Source: a bacterium (GTDB lineage: Bacteria; Electryoneota; Electryoneia; Electryoneales; Electryoneaceae). Taken from it: a stretch of DNA of 64,000 bases. Both the position numbers and the translations under genes were made by a program. Location: NCBI GenBank assembly GCA_963669175.1, contig OY769902.1, positions 2,848,001 to 2,912,000 of the forward strand, given 5' to 3'. How positions within the stretch are numbered: the stretch's first letter is position 1; each line of letters opens with the position of its first letter. Below are positions 30,618-41,340 of this stretch, piece by piece. The notes beneath the pieces were generated by a model. That model was not told the DNA's origin. It saw nothing but the letters and a program-made list of their open reading frames with translations, and did not search any database.

Positions 30618-31787
30618 ATGAGTCGCCCGCATACATACAAGGATAACAGCTTTAAACCAACATTATTCAACCAGATAGAAGAAGCAATCAAGGCCAGTAG
30701 TGACCCGGATGCGTTGATTGCTCTTCATGTCGGTGATACCTGGTTTGACCTTCCGAAAGAATTGAATCAGCCGTTGGAGTCGGAGCCCTGGAACGAACGT
30801 CTGTCCCGTTATGGCGCTACACAGGGGGAGATCGAACTCAGAAATCGGCTCTTTCAAAAGCTGACCACGAAAAATCAACTTCCGCTTTCCGGGCCACAGG
30901 AAGTTCAGCTTGTGTTCGGAGCGACCGGCGGTCTTTTCCTTACCATGAGCAAGCTGATGAATCCCGGCGATGAAATCCTGACCCTGGCGCCTTATTGGGC
31001 AATCCTCCGTGTGGTTGCATCGACTGCCGGGGTGAAACTGGTGGAAGTGCCGACTTTTGATCGTCTGCCTGATCCTTCAGATACACAGGCGATGGCGGAG
31101 ATGCTGGATACTTACCGAACCGATAAAACAGTAGCAGTATACTTCAACAGCCCGAATAATCCTTCCGGGGTACAGTTGAAACGTGGGCATCTGGAATCCA
31201 TCGCGGAATATGCTCAAAAGCATGATCTGTGGGTATTGTCCGATGAAGCCTACGAAGATTTCGTCTGGTCAGATGATCCCCATATTTCAATAGGTACGCT
31301 GGACGGCATGTATGAACGTACTGTTTCCATCTTTACCATGTCCAAATCGTATGCCGGAGCGGGATTACGGCTGGGTTGTGTCGCTGCGCCACAGGGGGTG
31401 ATTGCTGCGCTGAATCCATCTCATGTGGGGGTGGGGTATGAGCCGAACCGTCTGGCGCAGGTTCAGTGGATTCGTGGCCTGGAACGTAGCGAGGTGATTA
31501 TCAACAGCTTGAAGATCGCCTATCATGAAGGTTTGAGAGCTGTGGAAGAGAACTGCACGGTTCCTTACCTGGCGCCGGAAGGTTCCTTCTATGTATTCCT
31601 GGACTTGCGTGATCGATGGCAGGGATTGAGCGGTGACGAGAAACTAAAACGTATGCTCGATGCCGGTGTGGTGCTGTCCACAGGGGAAGCGTTCGGGAAT
31701 GATTACAACGGTTGGGCTCGCTTCTGCTACACCGCCGAACCGCCGGAACGTATCGCTGAAGCCGCACGAAGAGTTGCGAATTTGTAA
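30618..31787 (+). CDS. PLP-dependent class I/II aminotransferase
   Basis: NSPNNPSG, SDEAYE, SKSYAGAGLRLG; AGGAGG RBS. Confidence 0.92.
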   Translation: MSRPHTYKDNSFKPTLFNQIEEAIKASSDPDALIALHVGDTWFDLPKELNQPLESEPWNERLSRYGATQGEIELRNRLFQKLTTKNQLPLSGPQEVQLVFGATGGLFLTMSKLMNPGDEILTLAPYWAILRVVASTAGVKLVEVPTFDRLPDPSDTQAMAEMLDTYRTDKTVAVYFNSPNNPSGVQLKRGHLESIAEYAQKHDLWVLSDEAYEDFVWSDDPHISIGTLDGMYERTVSIFTMSKSYAGAGLRLGCVAAPQGVIAALNPSHVGVGYEPNRLAQVQWIRGLERSEVIINSLKIAYHEGLRAVEENCTVPYLAPEGSFYVFLDLRDRWQGLSGDEKLKRMLDAGVVLSTGEAFGNDYNGWARFCYTAEPPERIAEAARRVANL

Positions 31788-31970
31788 ACCGTAGCCCGGC
31801 CATGCCTGGCCGGGATCCGGCTTAGGGATGCATCATTGGCCTCCGTTCAGGGGGCTTTTCTGTTTTCTTTGAGCCACTTGCATTAGCATGATCAACAGAA
31901 TGCGGTTATTTTACTGATCGCAAAGCAGTTCGCATTTTCAGAAAAGTGATGCAGCAATAGGGAAACTCTC

Positions 31971-32786
31971 ATGGATAGCACGACCATCAAACGTATCGGG
32001 TACGCGCAGTTCGCCCCGGAGTTCGGCAACGGCGATTTGAACCGTAAAGTCATCACACGCTTTACCGAAGCCGCCCAGGCCGCTGACCTGCTGGTTTTCC
32101 CCGAGCTGTGCGTTTCAGGTTACGATTTTATCGATAAGGATGAGCTGGGCGATCTGGCTGAACCGTTCGACAACGGTCCAACTTCAGAACTGGCGCTGGA
32201 ACTGGCGGAGAAGTATTCGATCACTCTGGTCATCGGGTATCCGGAACGAGATGGTGAGAAATTCTACAATTCCTGCCTGTTGGCCCAACCTGGCGGCAAG
32301 ATTGTCAATTACCGTAAAATTCACCTGTTCAGCAAAGAAACCACCCTGTTCACACCGGGAGATAAACCGCCCACGGTCGTTGAAACGCCAGCCGGACGTG
32401 TGGGTATGATGATCTGCTTCGACTGGGTGTACCCGGAAACGGCACGTGTGCTCTCCATCAAAGGCGCGCAGATCCTGGCCCATCCCTCGAATCTCGTCCT
32501 TCAATTCTGCCAACGCGCCATGTTCGCGCGGAGTGTGGAGAATGCGGTGTATTCTATCACCTGTAACCGTTACGGCACCGAAGAACGTACCGACCGCAGC
32601 CTGACCTTCACCGGCTACTCCCAGGTCCTCGATCCAAAGGGCGAACTGCTGATGCAAGCGCGTAGCGATGAACACCATGTCGGGATTGTGGAAGTGGATA
32701 TCGCAAAAGCTGACAACAAATGGATGACCGAATACAACCACCTGTTCGAAGGACGCAGGACGGATGTGTATGAGGGGCTGATGTAA
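31971..32786 (+). CDS. Nitrilase/carbon-nitrogen hydrolase family protein
   Basis: Catalytic triad motifs FPEL, YRKIHL, ICFDW. Confidence 0.93.
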   Translation: MDSTTIKRIGYAQFAPEFGNGDLNRKVITRFTEAAQAADLLVFPELCVSGYDFIDKDELGDLAEPFDNGPTSELALELAEKYSITLVIGYPERDGEKFYNSCLLAQPGGKIVNYRKIHLFSKETTLFTPGDKPPTVVETPAGRVGMMICFDWVYPETARVLSIKGAQILAHPSNLVLQFCQRAMFARSVENAVYSITCNRYGTEERTDRSLTFTGYSQVLDPKGELLMQARSDEHHVGIVEVDIAKADNKWMTEYNHLFEGRRTDVYEGLM

Positions 32787-32886
32787 GTATGTGATATGGT
32801 TGTTGAGAGTTTGAAAGTTACAAAGTTTAAAAGTCCCAAAGTTGTCTAATCGGTTTTCTTCCACCGGTTCAGGAACTCCAGCAAGC

Positions 32887-33147
32887 CTGGGTGGCCCGAT
32901 TTCCCATGTTGGTATACTGAATTCCTTTCTTTGGTATGTACTACTGGCGAAAGGTTGTATTCAGTGAGGGGCAGGAGGAAAGTCGGGATTGTGCGGAAGA
33001 CCAGAATTTGCCGCATTGTTTGGTGTTCAGGTTCAATCACATTCCCGCCTTTGCTTATCAACTCCTGATAAGTGTGAAAGCCTTGTTTTCTCTGTCAAGC
33101 GCATCAAGGATATCAAGATTATCGCCAGGCAAAATCGGGCCACCCAG
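32887..33147. repeat. 261-bp segment bounded by perfect 16-bp inverted repeats (GGGTGGCCC type)
   Basis: CTGGGTGGCCCGATTT at 32887 and AAATCGGGCCACCCAG at 33132. Confidence 0.7.
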
Positions 33148-33199
33148 TCAAAGTGAGAAGAGTTGTGAAGAAGTACAACTGGCGGGGATTAGAAATCTA

Positions 33200-34141
33200 T
33201 TATTGATAAATCGTTTTTCCCGCTTCCGCCGCTTTCAGCAGGCCGTTGCTGATATCGCTGGCCCACGCCCACGCAAGCGGGACTCCGTGGAATTTCCAGG
33301 TTGAAATGGTCTGTTTCCCGAGCAGGTTGGGGAGCCGATTCATGTTCCGTGACCCCTTGTACCGGATATGGCGCAAGGAATAGGGAATCTCTTCACCTTG
33401 AGCGTTTCGAAGCTGAACCGGGATCATTTCTGCACCTGCAAACGCCGGGAAGCGTTCTCCAAGCAAATCCTCAGCATGATGCACCAGGGTAAGGTAGAGA
33501 TAGGGTGAGGCGCCCAGGACAAGGATCACCGTCTTTCTCGTTGCCATGATATCGTAGGGAGTTCCATACCCGAACGTAGTTTCCGCAAGATGATGGCTGG
33601 CCGTCAGTTCTTTTGCTAACGGGCCCATGGCAGAGATGGAATGAGTCGGGTGCAGGCTGCGCAGGGACGATTTCTGGCGTCTGAACAACTCCGTCAACAA
33701 CCCCATCTGCGATGTGGTCTTCACCTGATCAAAAAGGGGATGTTCACGATACCAGTCCCCCCAACTTACAGGGCCATCACCGAAGGAGAACGCCGGCATG
33801 GCAAGAGTGCGATCCGGACCGACAAAATCCTGCAATGCTTTCAGCAGCTTGAAAACTGCGTCACGGTACATCGGCATCAAGCCGTCATAGGAACTGTGTA
33901 TAAACAGAATCTCAAAATCCCGGGGCAGCGTCTGAGCAAGGTGATCGATCAACTCACTCGTGGTAAAGGTACCGTTCAACTTGAGCACCAGTGGTTTGAA
34001 GCGTATACGCAGCTTTTTCTTCAAACCCCAGCCTATACCAAGACGTGATCGAAGGCTTCGTTTCAGGTTGTGAATACTCATGTCTTTCCTGTAACCTGCC
34101 AAGTGTGGCAATGGACCACTGGAGCTGGCAGTAGCATTCAA
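33200..34141 (-). CDS. AAC(3)-family N-acetyltransferase
   Basis: FIHSS, TLAMPAF, MGLLTELFR, RSLHPTHS, HHAE; start uncertain. Confidence 0.85.
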   Translation of the reverse strand: MNATASSSGPLPHLAGYRKDMSIHNLKRSLRSRLGIGWGLKKKLRIRFKPLVLKLNGTFTTSELIDHLAQTLPRDFEILFIHSSYDGLMPMYRDAVFKLLKALQDFVGPDRTLAMPAFSFGDGPVSWGDWYREHPLFDQVKTTSQMGLLTELFRRQKSSLRSLHPTHSISAMGPLAKELTASHHLAETTFGYGTPYDIMATRKTVILVLGASPYLYLTLVHHAEDLLGERFPAFAGAEMIPVQLRNAQGEEIPYSLRHIRYKGSRNMNRLPNLLGKQTISTWKFHGVPLAWAWASDISNGLLKAAEAGKTIYQ

Positions 34142-34152
34142 ACTTTTTCATG

Positions 34153-35385
34153 CTAGCGCTTTGTCATCTCCGCACGTTTTCTGCTTTCTTCATTCTGCTG
34201 TGGAAAACGCAGGTAGAGCATCAGGGCATCAACAAAGAATTTTGCAGCCCAGTTCGGATACGCATAGGGAAGATAGGCTCCGTAGATCGGCCATGATCCT
34301 GCGATTCCACCTCGTACCGAAGGAGGACCGTCTGTAATCTGTGTTGAGGCAACAAACCGCACAAGATTCTCGGCCGCTTCACGAAGTACTTCATTGCCGG
34401 TTAATTCAGCCAGTTTGAAAAAGATAATCGCTATCTGTGCAGAACCAGTCAAGCAGACATAACGGGAATTTCCTGTCCAATCGGGGTGAATCTGACCGGA
34501 TAGAAAACCTGTCTGCTTTATCCTGGTCCTGTTTGCCTTGTATAGCTGCAGCATGGCCTGCATGACTCTGGATGTCAGTTCTTCCTGGAGATCCGGTAGA
34601 AAGGTCGCAGCTTCCAGAAGACCACGGTAGGTATAAGCAAGCGTGTGAGTAAAGGGGGCGGTTTGTCCCTCGTAGAATTCCATATGTTTTAGGAAGCCAT
34701 TGGGCTGGGCGTGTTTCAGCGCCCATGTAATTGCACGTTCCCCAGCTTCATGTAAATCCTGTCGTTGCGAGAGCTGCGCGGTTTCAAGGAGTGCCCAGGC
34801 AGTGCGGACATTGTAACTGTGAACGCGATTCTGAAACGTATGCGCGCGCCATGCCCCATCTTCATCCTGAACATCTCTGAGCCATTTCCCGGCACGGATG
34901 GAAGCTTCAAGACAGTTATCCTGATGAGTGCGCTCATAAATCGCATTCCAGCCAAACATGACCTGGCCCGTATTGAACACGACAGGATAGTCGTTTAATC
35001 CCACCCCACCACGCACCCCACCACTGGGAAGCTGAATGCCCAGTTCCCAATCGGCCATCCGTTGCGCGCACGCGCGATAATCTGCTTTGTCAAAGTAATC
35101 TGAATAGTGAAGCAGGGTAGGAATCAAGTATCCTGTTGTTTCAGGATAAGCGCCGGACCAGCCACCCAAAAGGGAAAACCATGCACAAACACCATCATTA
35201 GAAGACTGTTTGTGTGCAGTAGAAAGCCAATTCAATGCAAGATTAAGATGAAAATCAGGGTTAAAAGAAGACATACCTGACCTGAAGATGATATGTCTCG
35301 ATACTTGCGGCCTTACCAGAAAAGAAAGCGCACTAACCCCACGAAATAACTTTTGTATGAGTCGCATGTGTTTCTCCGTGCTCAT
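34153..35385 (-). CDS. Alpha/alpha-barrel protein of the type found in polysaccharide loci
   Basis: YPETTGYLIPT, FNTGQV.FG, CLTGSAQ, YPNWAAKFF.DAL. Confidence 0.75.
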   Translation of the reverse strand: MSTEKHMRLIQKLFRGVSALSFLVRPQVSRHIIFRSGMSSFNPDFHLNLALNWLSTAHKQSSNDGVCAWFSLLGGWSGAYPETTGYLIPTLLHYSDYFDKADYRACAQRMADWELGIQLPSGGVRGGVGLNDYPVVFNTGQVMFGWNAIYERTHQDNCLEASIRAGKWLRDVQDEDGAWRAHTFQNRVHSYNVRTAWALLETAQLSQRQDLHEAGERAITWALKHAQPNGFLKHMEFYEGQTAPFTHTLAYTYRGLLEAATFLPDLQEELTSRVMQAMLQLYKANRTRIKQTGFLSGQIHPDWTGNSRYVCLTGSAQIAIIFFKLAELTGNEVLREAAENLVRFVASTQITDGPPSVRGGIAGSWPIYGAYLPYAYPNWAAKFFVDALMLYLRFPQQNEESRKRAEMTKR

Positions 35386-35477
35386 GGCAGCATCATTACA
35401 TCAATTCCTCTATTAAATTACAGATAGGATTTTCGAGGAAACAAGTCCTTGGACTCCGTTCTGCCAGTTTTTTGTAT

Positions 35478-35712
35478 ATAGCAGTTCTCGATTTTATTCC
35501 GTCATAATAGAGATTGCCGGGAAAAGGGGACGGGATCCTTTTCCTCGCGCTTATACAGAATATTTCTGAAGTATTCCTGGAAAAGAAAACTGTCCCCTTT
35601 TCCGTGTGATTCCTGCCTGCTCGCAAGAAAAAGGGTACAGCCACCTTTCCCGGTCCATGCTCACAGCGGGAAAGCTTTGCTCCTGGAAAAGAAAACTGTC
35701 CCCTTTTTCCAT
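35478..35712 (-). repeat. Repeat family A, full copy in reverse orientation
   Basis: Reverse complement aligns with 26217-26450. Confidence 0.95.
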
Positions 35713-36106
35713 AGGCTTCTTCCCTGTCACCTATGAATCGTTCGTCGGATACTATCATGACGGTTTATTTTCAAGAGTAGCTATAGGTCCATTAGTGCTT
35801 GTCTGCCTATAATTTGTGAAATTACAATATTATAGAGATGTTTCCAGGCGTTGGCTTGCTGTACTGTTTGAATTTATCGAAGACAAAAAGGCAAACACTT
35901 GAGTCTCCTTTTCGCGTCATCTTGCTGTCTCCCTTATGAACCACGCTTTCCTGATTGTTTACCTTTCCTAATTGACTGGTGAGGCAATCCTCTGAGCATT
36001 GCTCGCCGGGACAAAAGTGGCGATAATACAGGTAACGCAATGCCGGAACGTGCATCATACTTTGAAACGGGCAGTATTGTACGCATACCATGTGGGAGGC
36101 AAAGAA

Positions 36107-38926
36107 TTGGCCGTCAAGGTACCAGAAAAGAAAAAGACCGGTGACAATGGGCGCAAAGCGCCGGCAGTCACTGGTTGGAATGCCGATTATGTTGACGATC
36201 TCTATAAACAGTGGCAGGAAGATCCGGGCTCACTGAGCGAATCCTGGCAGATGTTCTTCAAAGGGTTCGACCTGGCGATGTGCCCACGTACCTGCGTGGC
36301 GAACCAGGCCGCACGGAACCAGTCATCGGCCGCCAGCCTGATCTATGCCTATCGTAGTGAAGGGCACCTGATCGCGAAGACGGATCCCCTGGGAAACAAC
36401 CTGGAATCTCATCCTGACCTTGAGATTGAACAGTTCGGCTTTACCGAAGCAGACTTGGACACAGTTTATGACACTGGGCATCTGGGCGGTCCCAGTCGGG
36501 CCAAATTGCGTGACATTATCAGTATTCTTCAAGAAACCTACTGCCGCACCATCGGCGTTCAGTATACCCATATCCAGAACAAGCAGATTCGCCGGTGGTT
36601 GCAGGCCGAGATGGAGCCGAACCGCAACCATCCGAAATACGACCGTGATAAAAAGCTCGCCATCCTGAACAAGCTGGTGAATGCCGAGCTGTTCGAGAGT
36701 TTTGTGCAGGCACGCTACCGTGGGCAGAAACGGTTCTCCCTGGAAGGCGCGGAAACCCTGATCGCTCTGCTTCATGAGATGATCGAGATCACCCCGGACT
36801 ACGATATCAATGAAGTGGTCATGGGGATGCCGCACCGTGGACGATTGAACGTACTGGCAAACATCCTGGATAAAGGCTACGCGCAGATCTTCGAGGAGTT
36901 CGAGGATGATCATGAGCAGGATGAGTGGGGCGGGGACGGTGACGTCAAGTATCACAAGGGTTTCAGTTCGACCCATTTTAACCGTGAAGGCAAGAAAAGT
37001 CACCTCACCCTGACCGCCAATCCCAGCCACCTTGAGGCGGTTGATCCGGTGGTCATGGGACGGACCCGTGCGAAACAGCGCCAGTGGGGCGATGCTGAAA
37101 CACGACGCCAGGTGCTTCCCATCCTGATGCATGGCGACGCCGCTTTTTCCGGGCAAGGGATGGTTGCGGAAGTATTCAACCTCTCCCAACTGAAGGGCTA
37201 CAAGGTTGGCGGTACGATCCATGTCATCATCAACAACCAGATCGGCTTTACTACTGATCCCTCGGAATCACGTTCTACGGCCTACGCCACTGACATCGCT
37301 AAAACAGTCGAAGCCCCCATATTCCATGTGAACTTTGAAGATCCGGAAGCGGCGGTTTATGTCGCTGAACTGGCCTTGAAATTTCGCCAGACCTGGGGAC
37401 GCGATATCGTAATCGACATGGTCTGCTATCGTAAACATGGGCACAACGAAGGCGACGAACCTGCTTTCACCCAGCCGATCATGTATGAGAAGATCAAGGC
37501 ACGACCAAGTGTACGTGAAATCTACACCAGCCAGCTCCTTGATGAAGGCGTGATCAGCAAAGAGGATGTGGAGCGTACGGAAAAGGAGATGCGCGAAATC
37601 CTCGAAGAAGACCTGGAAACGGCGAAGAGCTCCTATGTTCAGACCGACCCGGAACCTTTTTCGGATCGTTGGGAGGGACTGGATCAACCCTTCAGCAATG
37701 GCCCCTGGGAAACGGGTGTCAAGCAGGATGAGCTGCTAAAGGTGGCGAAAGGACTTAATTCCATACCACCTGAATTCAACCTGAACAAAAAGATCGCCCG
37801 AAATCTTCCGGAACGAATGAAGGCTGTCGAGGAAGGCGGTACAGTCGATTGGGGCTATGCCGAGCTGCTCTCGTTTGGATCTCTGTTGCAGGAGGGGCAT
37901 CCGGTTCGCTTGAGCGGACAGGACAGCGAACGCGGCACCTTCAGCAGCCGTCACTCGGTCTGGCACGATATGGAGACCATGCAGGCCTACAAGCCTTTGA
38001 ACCATATCAGCAACGACCAGGCGCATTTCTGCGTCTACAACAGCCCGCTGTCGGAAGCGTCGGTTTTAGGTTTCGATTACGGGTATTCGCTTGCAGAACC
38101 GGGCATGCTGATCCTGTGGGAAGCGCAGTTCGGTGATTTCGCCAACGGCGCCCAGATGATCATCGACCAGTTTATCAGTTCCTCACAATCCAAGTGGCAC
38201 CGTACCAGCGGGTTGGTTATGCTGCTGCCGCACGGCTACGAAGGCATGGGACCGGAACATTCCAACGCCTACCTGGAGCGTTATCTTGCCGCCTGTGGAC
38301 AGAACAATATCCAGGTCTGCAACATCACCACACCGGCGCAGTATTTCCATGCGTTGCGTCGCCAGATCATGCGCCCGTTCCGGCGTCCGCTGATCATCAT
38401 GTCACCGAAGAGCCTGCTACGACACAAGCTGGCGGTGTCTCCGGTGAAAGAACTTACGGATGGACGGTTCCACGAAATCCTGAATGATCCGAAACCGCCG
38501 AGGAAAGCTAAGCGGCTAGTGCTTTGCAGCGGCAAGGTGTTCTACGATTTGTACGAAGCTCGTGAAGAACAGAAGATCGACGATGTTGCATTGGTGCGTG
38601 TTGAGCAGTTCTATCCGTTCAACAACGAAATGCTGACACAAATCGTAAACAAGTACGGTTGGATCCAGGAAATTGTCTGGGTGCAGGAAGAAACGAAGAA
38701 CCGTGGCGGTTGGAACTTCATGCGGCCTCTTCTGCATCACCTGTTCCCGGAAATGAGAATCCGTTACGTGGGACGTGGGTATGCCGCAAGTCCTGCAACC
38801 GGATCAGCGCACCGTCACCGTCAGGAACAACAACAGATTATCAACGCAGCCCTGGGCAAGGAGAAACTCCTTGAGGATTACCCGGTATTGCCCGAAGAGC
38901 TGTCATTTGGTTTAGGGGAGAGATAA
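36107..38926 (+). CDS. sucA: 2-oxoglutarate dehydrogenase E1
   Basis: KRFSLEG, GMPHRGRLN, GDVKYH, HGDAAF, WEAQFGDF; TTG start after GGAGG inferred. Confidence 0.97.
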   Translation: MAVKVPEKKKTGDNGRKAPAVTGWNADYVDDLYKQWQEDPGSLSESWQMFFKGFDLAMCPRTCVANQAARNQSSAASLIYAYRSEGHLIAKTDPLGNNLESHPDLEIEQFGFTEADLDTVYDTGHLGGPSRAKLRDIISILQETYCRTIGVQYTHIQNKQIRRWLQAEMEPNRNHPKYDRDKKLAILNKLVNAELFESFVQARYRGQKRFSLEGAETLIALLHEMIEITPDYDINEVVMGMPHRGRLNVLANILDKGYAQIFEEFEDDHEQDEWGGDGDVKYHKGFSSTHFNREGKKSHLTLTANPSHLEAVDPVVMGRTRAKQRQWGDAETRRQVLPILMHGDAAFSGQGMVAEVFNLSQLKGYKVGGTIHVIINNQIGFTTDPSESRSTAYATDIAKTVEAPIFHVNFEDPEAAVYVAELALKFRQTWGRDIVIDMVCYRKHGHNEGDEPAFTQPIMYEKIKARPSVREIYTSQLLDEGVISKEDVERTEKEMREILEEDLETAKSSYVQTDPEPFSDRWEGLDQPFSNGPWETGVKQDELLKVAKGLNSIPPEFNLNKKIARNLPERMKAVEEGGTVDWGYAELLSFGSLLQEGHPVRLSGQDSERGTFSSRHSVWHDMETMQAYKPLNHISNDQAHFCVYNSPLSEASVLGFDYGYSLAEPGMLILWEAQFGDFANGAQMIIDQFISSSQSKWHRTSGLVMLLPHGYEGMGPEHSNAYLERYLAACGQNNIQVCNITTPAQYFHALRRQIMRPFRRPLIIMSPKSLLRHKLAVSPVKELTDGRFHEILNDPKPPRKAKRLVLCSGKVFYDLYEAREEQKIDDVALVRVEQFYPFNNEMLTQIVNKYGWIQEIVWVQEETKNRGGWNFMRPLLHHLFPEMRIRYVGRGYAASPATGSAHRHRQEQQQIINAALGKEKLLEDYPVLPEELSFGLGER

Positions 38927-38929
38927 GTC

Positions 38930-40240
38930 ATGAAAGCGGAAATCAAGATCCCTGAAGTTGGCGAATCCATCACCGAAGGTATCCTCGTTGAATGGAAGAA
39001 GAAAAACGGGGAAATGGTGCAGATGGATGAAGAACTGTTCGAGCTTGAAACAGATAAAATCACCATGCCCGTGACCGCTGAGGCCGAGGGTGTGCTGGAA
39101 ATAAAGGTGGAAGCGGATACCACTGTTCAGATCGGTCAGGTGGTCGGATTTATCGATACAGACGCGAAAGCCGAAACCTTAAGTAAAGCTGAAGCAAAAC
39201 CTGCACCAGAGGTTCCGCAAAGCGCCGGGCCGTCAGTTAGTTCGCCAGCGGGTAAAGCCCAGGTAAAAGAGAAACTCGCGAAGGACTATAAACTCGATGC
39301 GCTCTCTCCGGCAGTACGCAGGCTGGTTGAAGAGAATAACCTGAATCCCAACCTGATCCCGGCAACCGGAAAGGACAACCGTATCACCAAGGAAGATGTG
39401 GTTCGTTTCCTTGAGAATCCACCGGAAAAAGCAGAAGTTGCTTCAGAACCTAAACCTGTACCCGATGAACCGGCCAAGACGGTTGAATTGCCGAAGGAAT
39501 CTCCCCAGGCAGCAAAACCTGTTGACTTGAGTGAGAAGGTGACCCGCAAGCCGATGAGTTCCTTGCGTCAGCGTGTAGCTGAACGCCTGGTTGAATCGCA
39601 GCACAATGCGGCCATCCTGACCACGTTCAACGAAGTGGATATGTCCAACGTCATGGCCTTACGCAGTAAACACAAGAAGATGTTTGAGGAGAAGCATGGT
39701 GTACGGCTTGGGTTTATGAGTTTCTTCATCAAGGCGGCTGTGGAAGCTCTGAAAGCAATTCCACAGGTCAATGCGCTTATCGATGGGAACGACATCGTTC
39801 AGAACAACTATTATGATATCGGTGTTGCGGTCAGCACGGAGAAGGGGCTGGTGGTGCCGAATGTACGTGATGCGGACCAGAAGACATTCGCCCAGTTGGA
39901 AAAGGATGTTTCCGATTTGGCCGAGAAAGCTCGTAATCGAAAACTCACCCTGGATGACTTGCAAGGGGGCGTGTTTACCATTTCTAACGGTGGCGTGTTT
40001 GGATCACTGTTATCAACCCCGATCCTGAATCCACCGCAAAGCGCGATTCTTGGGCTGCACTCGATCAAAAAACGCCCGGTTGTGGTGGGTGACGATGACC
40101 GTATCGAGGTGCGTCCCATGATGTATCTCGCCATGAGTTATGATCACCGTCTGATCGATGGCAGCGAATCGGTGCTGTTCCTGAGGAAAATCGTGGAGTG
40201 TATCGAAGACCCGGAAAAACTGATGCTGGATATGTGTTAA
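38930..40240 (+). CDS. sucB: Dihydrolipoamide succinyltransferase E2
   Basis: Lipoyl motif ETDKI, SPAVRRL, YDHRLIDG. Confidence 0.97.
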   Translation: MKAEIKIPEVGESITEGILVEWKKKNGEMVQMDEELFELETDKITMPVTAEAEGVLEIKVEADTTVQIGQVVGFIDTDAKAETLSKAEAKPAPEVPQSAGPSVSSPAGKAQVKEKLAKDYKLDALSPAVRRLVEENNLNPNLIPATGKDNRITKEDVVRFLENPPEKAEVASEPKPVPDEPAKTVELPKESPQAAKPVDLSEKVTRKPMSSLRQRVAERLVESQHNAAILTTFNEVDMSNVMALRSKHKKMFEEKHGVRLGFMSFFIKAAVEALKAIPQVNALIDGNDIVQNNYYDIGVAVSTEKGLVVPNVRDADQKTFAQLEKDVSDLAEKARNRKLTLDDLQGGVFTISNGGVFGSLLSTPILNPPQSAILGLHSIKKRPVVVGDDDRIEVRPMMYLAMSYDHRLIDGSESVLFLRKIVECIEDPEKLMLDMC

Positions 40241-40261
40241 GGCTGTTCGGGATATCGGGGA

Positions 40262-41338
40262 TCAATCAGGAATGACGTCTGTTCCTTCCTTGTGCCCGAA
40301 TCGTTCCAGCAATATCGGAGTCAACTCATCCGCCAGATGTCTGGCGGATTTTTTATGTGCGGCAATGGAGGGGTGGCTGTCATACTTGGAAATGCGATAC
40401 AAGTCACGATTCTTGATGTCTGCATAAGGCGTAAAACCACGAAATGCTGGTATATCAAGTGAATCACACAATGAAACGACACGGTTTTCTGCGGTATCCA
40501 GAACATGGTACGCTTGTACCATGTTCATTTGCGGAACGATGTATACGACAAGCAAATCATTCTTGTTATGAATATCCTGCGCCATTTTGGCGAGGTGCTG
40601 CTTGGACATCTTCCATCCGTAATAGTAATCTGTATGCGACTTGGTAATCATATGGTGAAATTCGGTCTTCGGTAATACGATACCGCGCAGACGTAATTCA
40701 AGGTTCACATTTGAGACAAGCTTGTTGATGACAACCGACTTGCCGATAAACAGCCTGAAATCCTTGTAAACCTGCAACCAGAAGTCGTGAGAAACATGTT
40801 CTGATTTTGCTTTCCGACGATTCCGCCAGTTGGCGTCCGCATTCTCAGTCAGATTGTTTTTTACACTTGAGTCCTGTTCACTTTCCTTCTTTTCCATGAT
40901 ACCATACACATCATTGGTATTGTATAGGAGCAGGGTAACCTGTGGCTGGAATTTCGGCGCCAGTTCGTAATAGTCCAGGGTGTTGGTGAAGGTGTTATTC
41001 CCCGGGCGTGTCCCATCCAGAACGACAACCTGTTCAAACGGCAGATCAACCTTGTTCAACTCCTGTTCCAGAACCTTGGCAAAGGAAGAATCAACATCAA
41101 TATTATGGCCGTAAAAATGTGAATCGCCAATGATGAGAAGACGCAAACTGCTTGAATCCGGAATAAATGTCCCGTTCAGTACATCCACCATCAAGTCAGT
41201 CTGAGCCGCCTCGTTTTCCAGTTCAACCTTCTGCTGTGAAGAGAAGATGGCTGTGGCCCGGTCAAAGCGGTACAGCGCTTCACCGAATCCAACGAAGAAA
41301 AGCAGGCCGAGGGCTATGTATGTGATCTTCTTCCACAT
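40262..41338 (-). CDS. SGNH/GDSL-fold protein (O-acetylation partner)
   Basis: IIGDSH, TND, DSHP; N-terminal membrane anchor. Confidence 0.8.
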   Translation of the reverse strand: MWKKITYIALGLLFFVGFGEALYRFDRATAIFSSQQKVELENEAAQTDLMVDVLNGTFIPDSSSLRLLIIGDSHFYGHNIDVDSSFAKVLEQELNKVDLPFEQVVVLDGTRPGNNTFTNTLDYYELAPKFQPQVTLLLYNTNDVYGIMEKKESEQDSSVKNNLTENADANWRNRRKAKSEHVSHDFWLQVYKDFRLFIGKSVVINKLVSNVNLELRLRGIVLPKTEFHHMITKSHTDYYYGWKMSKQHLAKMAQDIHNKNDLLVVYIVPQMNMVQAYHVLDTAENRVVSLCDSLDIPAFRGFTPYADIKNRDLYRISKYDSHPSIAAHKKSARHLADELTPILLERFGHKEGTDVIPD

Positions 41339-41340
41339 AG

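Noticed and set aside
33200-34141. Aminoglycoside resistance gene
   Set aside because: The AAC(3) fold alone is insufficient; pairing with a polysaccharide-locus-type gene suggests another substrate.
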